A stretch of DNA of 64,000 nucleotides, from positions 9,672,001 through 9,736,000 of the forward strand of contig JANJGN010000008.1 of the NCBI GenBank assembly GCA_026770705.1, given 5' to 3'. Shown one piece after another: positions 1 through 12,260 of the stretch. Positions within the stretch are counted from its first letter, which is position 1, and each line of letters starts with the position of its first letter. Below the pieces are notes generated by a model that had not been told where the DNA came from, ran no database searches, and was given only the letters and a program-made list of their open reading frames with translations. The position numbers were made by a program, and so were the translations under genes. Origin of the DNA: Isurus oxyrinchus. Taxonomy: Eukaryota.

Positions 1-3000
1 TGCTCAGAAACAACTAAAATAACAAAGCAGAAAATTACTTCTGCAAAAGTGTTTGTCCATTGTGAGGACAAACGGATGAGGAATTGGCTAGCAGCCAGAA
101 ATATCCCAGCTTATGCCAAACTGCAGATCTCTGATTAAACATGAGCAGCTTTCAGCATTAGGTGGGAAGAGATAAACGACTGATTGATGTTAGCACACCC
201 TAAAGTACCAGACATTCCCTCATTCAACTGTGAACTCAGTGCTGAAGGTTATTCTTACATTATAGCCTGAGATCTATAGCTTGGGTGTTAAACCACCAGC
301 TTTGGTGGCACAGCAAGCATGCTGTGTATACGTATCCAAATGGTGCATTGACACCCCTCGTATTTAATGTAGGTGAGAAGCCCAAACTGCTTTTCCCTCT
401 ATGTTAAACTCTGATCATAAATCAAGTTCGATTTAAGTGCGAGTCCCTGTAAGGATTTTCAGTTAAATCCTTCCAAGGATTCTCACTTTGGTTCTGTAAA
501 GTGTAAAGTTAGAGGTTCAGGTAATGAGCAGTTGTGCACAATTTTTCTACAGTTGTAATATAGAAGTGCACTGAGGCTATCTCCAAGAAGCGTTGTCAAT
601 GATCCTTCATAAACATTATTTAGGGAACTTCATATAAGAGTTATTCTAAATATTTAAACTAATGTAAAAAAACAAAAATATGTAGTATGATTGATTTATA
701 AATACAAAGATAATATTGTTCAGGGAACTAACTATATCTAGTATATCACTTCAAGGAAACAAAACCCAGCATCACTCAACCAATATGAAATAAAGCACAT
801 TCTAAATATATGAAAACTATTTTCACATCATGTGATGTCCAATATTAAATTGAAAAAAGTCTGCATCTATTAAAGTGCTAAGTTTGTGATTTACTGGTGT
901 ACTTTGGACCCTCCGACATACCTATTGCTTAGGAAAAACTTCTTGCAGGATATCACCTGAGGTTTTTCTTTAATCACCAACCCAATTCTAATGATTTAGC
1001 TTATGTATCATTCCAGTACTCCCGTGTAATTACTTTCCGCAGGCTCGAGAACCCATTCCTTTATACATTGTTCAGTTCATAGGAAAATCGTTTTTCGCAT
1101 CACACCATTCTGCAGAATGGTGAAAGGACAAAAAAGATGCAACTTTGTAACATTTTTGTGAATTAATGACAAAATTTCAACTAAATTGTATGAAATTGAA
1201 TATTTAATCTAATGCTCAGATCATCTGAGTTCTGATCTTACACTTATAAATCTCCTCAAATCTCCACTGCATTATTTCACTTTTTGATGATATACAGATT
1301 GCATTCATTTGGCATGATTTTGGCTTTGCATTGATACAGACCATACAGCACAATTGAGCTGCAAATAACAATTATAATGTGTAGTCCAGCCAAGAAGGTC
1401 CAAGTTATACTGGAGGTTTGATGCATAATTTGCATACAAAGAAATTTGTATGCTTTCTGTGGCTACTGTGTAATATTGAGCTAGAGTCAGTGACAATGCT
1501 TGTTTTCTCAAATTATTAAAAATGTAACATTAAAGTTTATCAAGTTTGCCTGAACACTTTTTAAACTTTGATGGAACACTGGCAGTATCATTGCAGCTTA
1601 AAGTGTGTACTGTGAGTGCCTCTTCATGGGATAGTCTCACATCATTTTGGCTTTATATCAGCTTCTATATGACTGCTAGTGTGGCCTGGAAAGTAATCAA
1701 ACTTAATGTTTTCTGATTTAATCTTAACACTTGGCCAAATGGGCAGACAGCTTTCTCTGAACATTAAAATTTAACCAGTGAGTGGAACTTAATGCATGTC
1801 TGCAAGCATCTTACTCCATTTTCTCTGGACCCTGAAACAATGCAGAACTGAAAATATAACTTAGTAATCTGGATCCTTTGCAAAGGCATTAGCTTTAGAC
1901 AGATACCCACAGCAAAGAAACAACCTTTCTCTAACCAGAAGAACTTACTTATACTATATCTATATCAGCTAAATCCTGTACAGATGTAGAGATTCCAACA
2001 TGAGCTTCAATATAATAGCAAAAACAATCTTTTGAGTGAAGGGGAACAGCTTATAAACTATTTTGGGGTACCACTGATAAAAAAAATCTCAGCCTTCAAA
2101 CATAACAAATCTCCTAATACAAACCAAACTTGCTGTGAAATTTAAATTTATTTAGAATGTTTGAGGTCAATTTAATGGCTATCATTTATACCACTTCTGA
2201 CATTTTAGTGTTATTCACCCACTTTGCAAATGTATTCAATAAAGAGCTAAGTTGAAGCAAACTAAATTAGACAGTTAACTTAAATTTTGTATATGGCAAA
2301 ATAGAACAAACAAAGGACAAAGAAAGTCACCAAGTTTAATTCAGCAAGGGGAAAAACACCCAAGAAGTCTATCAGAAGGCATGAAATAGAATAAGGTGAC
2401 TCATTGTGGAATTGAGAAGATACCAATTTTTGGCATCTAAAAAATTATAAAATCCTATGTGTATCAATGCCTTGCAGCACATATTAGTCCATGTGTTGAC
2501 ACTGCTGCAAAGGGTGAGATTCTAGCATCCTGGGCTTCGGCTTGCACTTGTATATATGTTTTCATACACAAAGGCAAGAATTGGGTAGTTCCCATTGTAT
2601 GATTTTGCCAAGAGACATGAGCATGGAAAAGTGCCTCCACTATATGGAGCCGCAGACTGGAGCAGCAGCATACATATTCTGCTAGAAACATCATGGAGCA
2701 GATAAATGCTGACATTATTTTTCAGTATGTAGGCAATATATAAAAGTTCTTTGAAATGTATCACATTGCCTTTCACATCTGAAATATGCAGCAGGCTGAT
2801 TAAATTAGTGGAGAAAGCAATCCTTTTTTTGTTGGTATTGAGGAGGATATTTTAATGTGAACGAGTCCACAGCCCAAAATCGATTTGGTGACCAGTACAT
2901 AACAATTTCAAAAAAAGTTTTGTTGAAATTATTGTGCTGGTTTTGACAGAATCTCAGTCAGTTGTATTTACGGTTGGGATGGTGCTCAGTTATCCACTTG

Positions 3001-3569
3001 GGACTCTGTTCATGTAAATGTGCTCCTGATGTAGTAGAACAGCAAACTCAGCAGTTTCAGGGGTACTTCATCTCTTGGAAGACTAGGATAATGTTTCATT
3101 TACATCCACTTCTTCAGTTGGGTGCATTGCTCATCGAACTTCAAGGTTGGCCTAGAATAAATAGAGGTTCAGCTTCTGAAGGGTTTTCTATCTTTTTAAT
3201 TCACAAATGGAAACGAATCCTCTAAACTGTTCACCAACTAGGATTTCTTGGTGTCAGAGGTGTGCAGTCTATGCTGAGCTGCCTCTCTTCTGACATTTGG
3301 AACAGTACTGCATGTAACCATCCAAACCAAACTACCTTGACACAGTCCTCCTGGAACATTTGATATATTTGCAAGGAATTGGATTCCAAAATAGGGACAA
3401 ATATAGCTCCCATATTCCACTGAACTTATCTGAGGATACTCCTTGGCCAACAAAATGGGACCTATAAATATCATAAACTGTCATGGGCATTGAAGGCCAA
3501 ATCCACTATTAATTTGTAGAAGAATTGAAGCAAGTGCACCCAACACATTCTAAGGGAGTTTAGTTGAAA

Positions 3570-3682
3570 GGCCTTCAATTTGAAAAATTAACTCTGTTTT
3601 CTTTCCCTGATGCTCCCTGACTTGCTGAGTATTTTCAGCATTTTCTGCTTTCAGTTCGCAGTACCCACAATATTTTGCGTTT
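3570..3682 (+). mobile_element. Degenerate fragment of Penelope-like terminal repeat (same family as 3937-4173 and 7810-9086)
   Basis: ttaactctgttttc...gatgctccctgacttgctgagtattttcagcattttctg matches the arm sequence at 4107-4173 and 9027-9086; hammerhead core decayed. Confidence 0.6.
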
Positions 3683-4025
3683 GACTTTCTAAACGATTAA
3701 ACGTGGTAATATTGCAAAGATTATTGGTTGTATCGTCCAGTATTCTTGAAAAGAAACACAACTTCCTGGTCTGATTTGTGTCATGAACAACCTTACTCGC
3801 TCAATCAATTTTAACCTTCATATTAAAATATACTCCAAAAACAAACAAAAAACCCTAAGTGATTGATATGATTTAGTACTCTTGGGTGGGAGTTTGAATT
3901 CCCAATGTCCCTCCAATGCTTCTAAAATATTAAGGTAAAAGCAAAATACAGCGGATGCTGGAAATCCGAAACAAGAACAGAAAATGCTGGAAAAACTCAG
4001 CAGGTCTGGAGAGAGAAACAGGGTT

Positions 4026-4056
4026 AACGTTTCGAGTCCGCATGACTCTTCTTCAG
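4026..4056 (-). ncRNA. Minimal type I hammerhead-ribozyme-like motif (core intact, stem I weak)
   Basis: CUGAAGA, 5-bp stem II GAGUC/GACUC, GAAAC-GUU with palindromic ACGU helix III, as in Penelope-associated minimal hammerheads; activity untested. Confidence 0.55.
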
Positions 4057-4077
4057 AGCTAAGAGTGTCCTTTAACT

Positions 4078-4108
4078 CTGAGGAAGAGTCATACGGGCTC
4101 GAAACGTT
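4078..4108 (+). ncRNA. Minimal type I hammerhead-ribozyme-like motif (opposite arm)
   Basis: CUGAGGA, stem II GAGUC/GGCUC (one G-U pair), GAAAC-GUU; stem I weak. Confidence 0.5.
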
Positions 4109-4645
4109 AACTCTGTTTCTCTCTCCACAGATGCTGCTAGACCTGCTGAATTTTTCCAGCATTTTCTGTTTTTGCTCCCAAATATTCCTGACATCGAGAG
4201 CACATTGTTTCGTTAAGCACCCAGAATATTGAAATTGTTCATCATATATAGCCCAGGCCACAATTTCTGCCCCGCCACTGAATTTATATTGCTTTCCAGC
4301 ATATGAATCTAACATTTGCAACACTACCATCAGCACTGTCTCAATTCCAGGCGGGTGCGCACCGATATAAAACAATGTGTAGAAAGAGCGGCCAGTTCTG
4401 TTTACGCATTTGCCAGTTTAAATATACAACATAATCTGCACTTGGAGAACAGCCAAAATTGAAGCGAGGAAACATTTCCGGGAGTAGGGGTGGTGGTTGA
4501 TGGGCGCATATTTTAACTATGCTATACACAGAAGACCAACAGATAGATATTATTCTGTCAATTGTTGACAGTGAATCAGAAGACATGCGCAAATCAAACT
4601 GTGGCTCTTGAGAATCACCAGGTTTCTTTGAACGGTGTATCTCAC

Positions 4646-7108
4646 CTCATTGAATAAATTGGCTCTATTATTTACAACATTTGAAGTCTGAACATATTTT
4701 TTGGTCACATTAATGCGGTTGCCCGTCGCAGTTGGACTTTGAATCCAGGGAAATATGTTGCCGCTTGTGTCTCTATCCGATGTAGAACATACCTCGTAAC
4801 GAAAGTTCTGAGGCAGTGGGTCCCGGCCAAACACTTCAACGTAATTCGGGGGGATCTGAAGGTTGACACTGGCTTTTTGTACTCCGTTAAGGGAATGTGT
4901 TGATCCCAAGCAGAAGCATGTATCCAGAGAGCAGCTGTGGCGGTTCAACACGTTCCTACTTCTGTGGATCTTTACAGCGAGGATGACCAAAACCACGAGA
5001 AAAATGGACGAGGTTGTTCCCAAAGCGATGACCAAATATAGGCTTACATCGGAAGGGAATCCGAGATCTCCTGTCAGGCTGTTCACTTCAGAGAGGACGT
5101 CGGCATCACTGTCGGCCAGTGATAAGATGATGTTCATTGTTGCGCTAAGCTGTGGGATCCCATGGTCTTGTACCCGGATAACCAAGCGCTGTTTAGCTGC
5201 ATCCTTGTCCACAATGCGACGGATGGTCCAGACCTCTCCAGTGTCTGGAGAAATAGTAAAAAGACCAGGGTCAGAGGCCTGGACCAACTGATAAGAAAGC
5301 CTTGAATTCGGGCCCGAATCAGCATCAATAGCTGACACCTTGGTCACCAGGTAACCCGGCTCTGCTGATCTAGATACTGTCTCCACTGATGCCGAACCAT
5401 CCTCCGGCCTTGCGGATATGATGACTGGGGCATTGTCATTCTGATCTAGGATGACCACATCCACGGACACGTCACTGCTCAGCTGTGGAACTCCAGCGTC
5501 CACTGCTCGGACCTGCATCTGAAACTTCTTTAACTCTTCGTAGTCATAAGAGCGCTCAGCAGATATTATGCCACTGTCTGAATTAATGGAGACATAATTA
5601 GTTACAGGCAGGTCGCCGACTTGTGTCCTTAGAATAGAATAGGACAGTCGAGAGTTCTGATTTAAATCGGCGTCAAAAGCTGGCACCGAGTAGACAGAAC
5701 TACCGATGACATTGTTCTCTGTCACATAGGCTGTGTATGAGGTCTGTGAGAAACGTGGGGGGTTGTCGTTTATATCTGAGATATTTAGTTGAATGGTTTT
5801 GTTAGAAGTGAGCACGGGCGAACCTTCATCCCTGCAGGTAATGGGGATGTCATATTGAGAGACCATTTCTCGATCTAGTAGATCTTTGGTGACCAATCGA
5901 TAGTAATTTTTAAATGATGAATCTAATTTGAAAGGAAGGCTATTTGGGATCTGACAGTGAGTGTTCCCATTCCCTCCCACATCTGAATCAGTTACACCGA
6001 TTAAAGCTATCACAGTCCCAGGCTGGGCATCTTCAGGAACTGAGCTGGACAAAGAGGTCACTGTTACCTCGGGCGCATTATCATTCACATCAACGATGTC
6101 CACTAGCACATCGCAATGCACAGGCACAGAAAGGAAACCCTTATCGACAGCTTGCACACTAATCTCCAACTCCTTTGCTGTTTCAAAATCCAGATGTCCT
6201 TTAACTCTGATCTCTCCCGTTTTAGGGTCCACACTGAACAGCTCCCGCACTTTGACAGGAGCGTGGCTACCAAAAGAGTAAACGATTTCCCCATTGGAGC
6301 CTTCGTCCGGGTCAGTGGCGTTCACTTGGATCACCAACGTTCCTATGGGCACGTTTTCTAACAAACTGACCCTGTAAAGGGACTGGCTAAAGGTAGGGAT
6401 GTTGTCGTTGGCATCCAGTGCATGGATGATAATCTGTGCCGTGCCAGACCTCTCTGGATTGCCCCCGTCGGTGGCCGTGAGCAGTAACTGCAGTGTGGGC
6501 TGCTGTTCCCTGTCGAGAGGCTTCCCCATCACTAAAACTGGGAGTTTACCGCCCTCACTGCGAGATTGTACATCCAGCTTAAAATATTGGTTCGGAGCTA
6601 ATTGGTAGGTTTGCAATGAGTTGGTGCCTACATCCGGATCGTGCGCAGACTCGAGTGGGAAGCGGAATCCGGGCACCGCCAACTCGGATATTTCCAAACG
6701 GAACTGTCCCTTTGGGAAATGGGGAGCGTTGTCGTTTATGTCCAGAATCTCCACCTCGACATGATAGACATTCAGTGGCTCGTCAATCACAGCCTCCAGG
6801 GCCAAAGAGCAACCGAGGCTCGATCCACAGAGCTGTTCTCTGTCAATGTTCTCCTTTACAAGTAAAATCCCGCTGTCTAAGTTTACGTCGAAATACTGTT
6901 TCCTGGGACCCGACACGATCCGAAAATTCCGGCTGGAGAGCTGGTTTACATCTAAACCCAAATCGGCCGCGATATTCCCGACAAAGGCGCCCCGCTGCAG
7001 CTCCTCAGGAATCGAGTACCGAATCTGACCAGAAACCACAATCCAGGAGGAGAGCAATAAACACAATATTTGCCATTTTAACAGCCAATATATTTTATAA
7101 AATCCCAT
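4646..7108 (-). CDS. Clustered protocadherin variable exon V1 (signal peptide, EC1-EC6, TM, variable cytoplasmic domain)
   Basis: ATG at 7108 (MGFYKIYW...[12 protein letters not shown]); cadherin motifs DRE, DxNDNxP, AxDxG; EC1 C-X5-C; TM SLYLVIALG...; phase-0 donor GAG|GTGAG at 4646/4645. Confidence 0.95.
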
Positions 7109-7333
7109 TTCCAGCACAAAGCATTTCAATTCCTTCGGCACGTCACAGCGCTGCCCAATTATTCACTGGAATAACATAATTGCGTACCATTTTTTTCAAA
7201 ATCTAAAATTAAAAGCTACATTGTACCATAATACCTGTAGTTGTGATAAATCTCCGAGATAATTTCTGATAAATATCCTCAATTCTTCTAAAATCACTGA
7301 TAGTTAGACATACAAAACCTGACATGTCACACG

Positions 7334-7532
7334 GCTCGCTATCCAATTTCACACTGTAGCTGATCCTATGTGATGGCGAATAGGAAGGGAAGGGGGCAGT
7401 CGGGATCTCCAGTCGCCATTCAGCTTCTGATTGGCGAATGGAGCGACATTCGTCTTTAGCCAATCACCATAGGCAGCATTTCTTAAAGCTGGCAGCCTTA
7501 GAGGTTGAACATTTATTGCTGTGCAATCAAAA
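7334..7532 (-). promoter_or_regulatory. Conserved promoter-like block of V1
   Basis: Shared with all ten promoters (+ strand): cgctatccaatttcacactg, agggggcagt (7391-7400), ATTGG 7430, CCAAT 7460, cttaaagc 7482, atttattgctgtgcaat. Confidence 0.8.
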
Positions 7533-8426
7533 TTTTTGCCAGCATCGCTGATCCATTATTTTAGAAATCTGATTGTCTCAGGGAAAAATATTTTCAAAAG
7601 AAGCCTCAGGTAGGGGAACTTAAGGACCATCTATCTCTATATTCCTTGCAGAACACATGTCACCAAGTAGGCAAATTTACTAGCTACAGTGATTTTAGCC
7701 AGAATCCCCAATTGATCTATTTCAACCCTATGCCGAATATGAAAGCTTCACTTGTCTTATTCTTGCATTCATTTTTGATAATCTGACTTCTGAACCTGAC
7801 ATAAGTGATATAAAAACAGAAAATTCTGGAAATACTCAGCAGGTCAGGCAGCATCTGTGGAGGGAGAAACAGAGTTAACGTTCTGGATTGATGACCTTTA
7901 TCAGAACTAGGAATTTAGTAGATTTTGGGCAAGGGGTGGGTGGACAAGGGCAAAGGAAGACCTGTGATAGGGTAAAGGACATGAAGATTGAATGACAAAG
8001 AATAAAGTTTTTCCAGGGCCAAAAGGACTAGAGATGGGCCAAGAATGGAAACAAAGAAACAAAAAAAAAGTCCCTAGAGCAGGTGAGCTGCTGACTGAAA
8101 GCACAAGTAAGGGAGAAGCTGAAGCAAGCAAAGAAAAGGAAATACAATATGGGCCGAGGTTATGGTCTGAAATTGCTGAACTCAATGTAAAGTTGCTAAA
8201 TAAAAGATGAGGCACTGTTCCTCAAGCTTACATTGAATTTCACTGGAAAGTGCAGCAGGCTGAGGACAGAGATGTCAGCATGAGAGTAAGGTGAAATGAA
8301 AGGCCACTAGAAACACGGAGGTGCTCCACAAAGCAGTCACCCAATCTGAGAGTTGACCACGTTGTGAGAAGTGAATACAGCACCTCATCTTTAAATTAGA
8401 CACTTTACAGTCTCCTGGACTAAACC

Positions 8427-8918
8427 ACTTGCCTAGATGAGTGTCGCTCCCACAACACTCAAGAAGGTTGACACCACCCAAGACAAAGCAGCCCACTTGA
8501 TTGGTGCCACATCCACAAACTTTCACTCCCTCCATCACCAATGCACAGTAGCAGCAATGTGTACCATCTACAAGATGCACTATAGGAATTCACCAAGTCT
8601 CCTTCGACAGCATCTTCTGAACCTATGACTGCTACCATCGAGAAGGACAAGGGCAGCAGATAGATAGGAACACCACCACCTGGAAGTTCCCCTCAAAGCC
8701 ACTCACCACTCTGACTTGGAAATATATCACCATTCCTTCACTGTCACTGGGTCAAAATCATGGAACTCCCTCCCTAACAGCACTGTAGGTGTACCTACAC
8801 CACATGGACTGTAGCAGTTGGAGAAGGCAGCTCACCACCACCTTCTCAAGGGCGAGTAGGGATGGGCAATAAATGCTGGCCCAGCCAGCGAAGCCCACAT
8901 CCTGTGAATGAATAAAAA
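8427..8918 (+). mobile_element. 3' fragment of CR1/L2-group LINE (family A, gaatgaataaaaa tail)
   Basis: Homologous to 26839-27731, 45709-46365 and 60449-61574, the last of which carries RT motifs; ends in gaatgaataaaaa. Confidence 0.8.
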
Positions 8919-8995
8919 GACCCTATGACAAAACCTCCTTTAACCTTGTCCCAACCATCTCTTGCTCAAGACCTATTACATGTCTAACTTTTCCC

Positions 8996-9031
8996 AGTTC
9001 TGATGAAAGGTCATTGACCTGGAACGTTAAC
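8996..9031 (+). ncRNA. Hammerhead-like motif with GAAA->GGAA core substitution
   Basis: AGTT-CTGATGA-a-AGGTC att GACCT-GGAAC-GTT-AAC; stems I and II pair. Confidence 0.45.
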
Positions 9032-9573
9032 CCTGTTTCCCTCTTCACAGATGGTGCATGATCTGCATTTTCTGTTTTTATTTCAGGTGTTGGCTCTTCC
9101 TCAACAAAAAATAATATTAAGAAATATGATTATTACAACTTTTCCTAGGTCAAATTTGAATTCAGCAATTGGAGTAATGCTAATAAGGTGATAGTATTTT
9201 GTTGATTTTTTTCAAAATTACTTATTGGTAGATGTATTTGTTTATCATATAACATTTTCTGTGTTACACATTAGAATAATATTTTGTATATTTTTCCAAT
9301 TGGGAGGAAGGTCCTTCAATGATCATTATGTATTAATGGTAAATAAAGCTGAGCGCCCCCTCCCCCTCGAGGAGGTGTTACTAAACGATATATTGCTAGT
9401 TCAGAAAGTACAAGTAAATAACATAAGGCACTCAGATTGTAACGTTTAGCATCACCTTCAACTTCAGGTTACTACACGGAAATAGCTATCCGTTAGACTT
9501 TTCCCATGGGTTTAAGAGCAACCAAACCAAACTTGTGAGGTATTTATTTTGCCCTTTTGAAATAACACCTCAC

Positions 9574-12048
9574 CTCACTGTTTACATGGTTTCTATAATT
9601 TGCAGAAGGTGACGTGTGTGGATTTTTTCCCTTCTCAATATTTTCTCCCCTGACGTTATATTTCAATACAGATGAACCGCACGTGTTGGGAAAGGCGGAG
9701 TCTCGCTTAGTGGAACCCAAAGTTGAATATGTCTCGTAGCGGAAACTCTGCGAAAGTGGATCGCCTCCGAATACCTCCACATAATTCGGAGGTATCTGAA
9801 TGTTTCTGCTGGCTTTTTGGGTCCCATTGAACGAATTTCTTGATTCATAACAGAAACAGGCATCCAAGCCATAACTGTAAACACCAAACCCAGTTCTGCT
9901 TTTATGCACTTTCACAGCCAGGGCGATTAAAATTACCAGGAAAATGGACGAAATTATCCCTAAGGATATCACCAGGTAAAAGCTCAAACCGGAAGTAAAT
10001 CCAGGATCTTCAGTCAAATTGCTAACGTCAGAAAGCAGCTGTGTGTCCCCATCCATCACCGATAAACTGATAGTCATGGACGCTGAAAGCGGTGGTGTTC
10101 CGTTGTCTTTGACCACGATTGTTAACCTTTGCTTCGTTGCATCTTTGTCCCCAATACCACGCACTGTCCAGATTTCGCCTGTGTCAGGCGAAATTGTGAA
10201 AAGCCCTGGGTCAGTAGCCTGGGTAATCTGGTAAGAGAGGCGAGCATTCTGGCCGGAGTCAGCATCGATGGCAGACACCTTGGTAACCAGGTAACCAGGC
10301 TCTGCGAAGCGGGACATTGTCTCTGTTACTGTTGACCCATACTCAGGTAGCGGATGCAGGATCACCGGAGCATTGTCGTTCTGGTCAAGGATAACAACCA
10401 CCACCGAAACATTGTTGCTGAGTGGTGGCACTCCAGAGTCCCGAGCCTGAACCCAGAGCTGAAAGTCTTTGAGCTCCTCGTAATCAAAAGTTCTCTGAGA
10501 AAACAGGATTCCATCCTCTGCATTAATATACACGTAGCTGGCCACGGACTCATCCTGGATCAGCTCCCTCGGAATGGAATAAGATATTCGAGCGTTCTCG
10601 TTAAAATCCGGGTCAGACGCTGTCACCGAAAAGATAGAGGATCCGATAATGTTATTCTCCATCACATAGGCTGTGTAGGCAGACTGTTTGAAACGTGGCG
10701 CGTTGTCATTCACGTCTGAGATCTCCACCTGCACCGTTTTCTTGGAAGTGAGAGGAGTCGATCCTGAATCACTACAGAGAATAGCGATGTCGTACTTGGA
10801 GGTATTTTCACGGTCCAGTTGTTCCTGGGTTAGCAATTTGTAATAGTTCTTTAAGGGAGAACTTAATTCAAAGGGAAGGTTATTTGGGATTTGGCATTGA
10901 ACTTGACCATTTTCTCCTGAGTCTTTGTCTGTGGTACTAATCAGAGCTACCACAGTCCCGGGAACAGCGTCTTCGCGAACTGGGCTGAACAGAGAAGTCA
11001 CTATAACCTCAGGTGAGTTATCATTCGCATCAGTAACGTCCACGTGTACATGACAGTATGTAGGAGCTGCATAAGGTCCCTTATCTATTGCTTGAACGTT
11101 GATATCAAAAGCACTGTTTTCCTCATAGTCCAAATTCCCCTTCACTCTGATTTCCCCAGTTTTGGAATCCAGACCAAACAGTTGACGCACTGTCGCGGAG
11201 GTATGACTGGTAAAAGAATATTCTATCTCACCATTAGCACCATCATCCAAGTCAGTTGCATTAAGTTTAATCACTAATGTTCCTTGGGGCACGTTTTCAT
11301 TCAGGCTGACCCTATAAACCGACTGGGGGAACACAGGAGAGTTGTCATTGGCATCCTGTACCATGATTATTATTTGAGCAGTGCTGGACCTCGGAGGGTC
11401 CCCGCCATCCTTGGCAATTAACTCTAACCTGTGGGTTGACTCTTTCTCTCGGTCCAATGGCCTTTCAAGCATTAACACTGGCAGCTTCTCGTCTCCGCTG
11501 CGGCTCTCAATGTCGAGGGCGAAGTACCGGTTTCCGACCAGCCGATAGCTTTGTAGGGAGTTGGTTCCAACGTCCGGGTCTTGCGCGCACTCGAGGGGGA
11601 AGCGCGCTCCCGGTGCCGCCACTTCAGAGATTCCAAGGCGGATTTGGTTCTTTGGGAAATGGGGAATGTTGTCGTTTACATCCAAGACCTCCACTTCCAC
11701 TCGGTAGACATTCAAAGGATTTTCGATCACAGCCTCTAAAGACAATAGGCAAGTGGGGCTCGACCCACAGAGCTGCTCTCTGTCAATTTTCTCCTTCACA
11801 AACAAAATCCCATTGTCTAAATTGACGTCCAAATAGCTTTTTCTGGGACCGGGCACAATTCGAAAATTCCGAGCCGAGAGCTCTTCCACGTCTAAACCCA
11901 AATCGCCTGCGATATTCCCAACAAAGGCGCCCAGTCGTAGCTCTTCAGGAATGGAGTAGCGAATCTGTCCCGATACCAGCACCCAAAAGGGGAATACACT
12001 GTACAACAGTTGCCATTTTACTAAGTAATATATTTTATAACATCCCAT
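9574..12048 (-). CDS. Clustered protocadherin variable exon V2
   Basis: ATG 12048 (MGCYKIYY), six EC repeats, [22 protein letters not shown]; phase-0 donor GAG|GTGAG at 9574/9573. Confidence 0.95.
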
Positions 12049-12260
12049 TTCCAGCGAAAAACATTTCAAATGCTTCAGCGCAGCACCGCTCCGTTCGCCA
12101 ATTCGCCTCAATAAACTGCTTTATATATCATTTTAAGAAACCTATAATTTGCAAAATACCTGTACTATTTGAACATCCTGCCGTTAATTGTGACAAATGT
12201 TCTTATAGTTTCTAAAATCATCCATAGATGCACGTACAAATAGTAATATAGCGATACGCA

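Larger units (their letters stand above)
3937..4173. mobile_element. Hairpin (palindromic) non-autonomous element derived from Penelope-like terminal repeats, with a hammerhead-like motif on each strand
   Basis: Inverted arms around a short spacer (~4060-4076); minus core CTGAAGA-a-GAGTC/GACTC-GAAAC-GTT (4056-4026); plus core CTGAGGA-a-GAGTC/GGCTC-GAAAC-GTT (4078-4108). Confidence 0.75.
7810..9086 (-). mobile_element. Truncated Penelope-like retroelement (GIY-YIG remnant) with inverted hammerhead-bearing termini, interrupted by a LINE fragment
   Basis: Minus strand ~8160-8350 reads RLGDCFVEHLR...SHADISVLSLLH...CKLEEQCLIFYLATL...IEFSNFRP with frameshifts, resembling a Penelope GIY-YIG C-terminus; inverted arms at 7810-7910 and ~8985-9086. 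Confidence 0.75.

Noticed and set aside
3818-4375. 185-aa ORF and mirrored 82-aa ORF (also 24980-25196)
   Set aside because: Artefacts of the hairpin elements: the same peptide appears on both strands
1-4600. Possible Pcdh constant exons
   Set aside because: No minus-strand segment resembling the PNxDWRxS-type constant exon with splice sites was found by eye; the region is AT-rich and appears intronic
6459-6478. GGCCACCGACGGGGGCA as an exonic CTCF site in V1
   Set aside because: Spacing does not fit the CCASYAGRKGGC core, and the sequence is explained by ATDGG codons
4550-7141. ORF-track extensions of the Pcdh CDSs (GTG/TTG starts, long C-tails)
   Set aside because: The true starts are most likely the ATGs before the signal peptides, and the tails lie beyond the conserved donors; the upstream frame has stops in V3, V9 and V10
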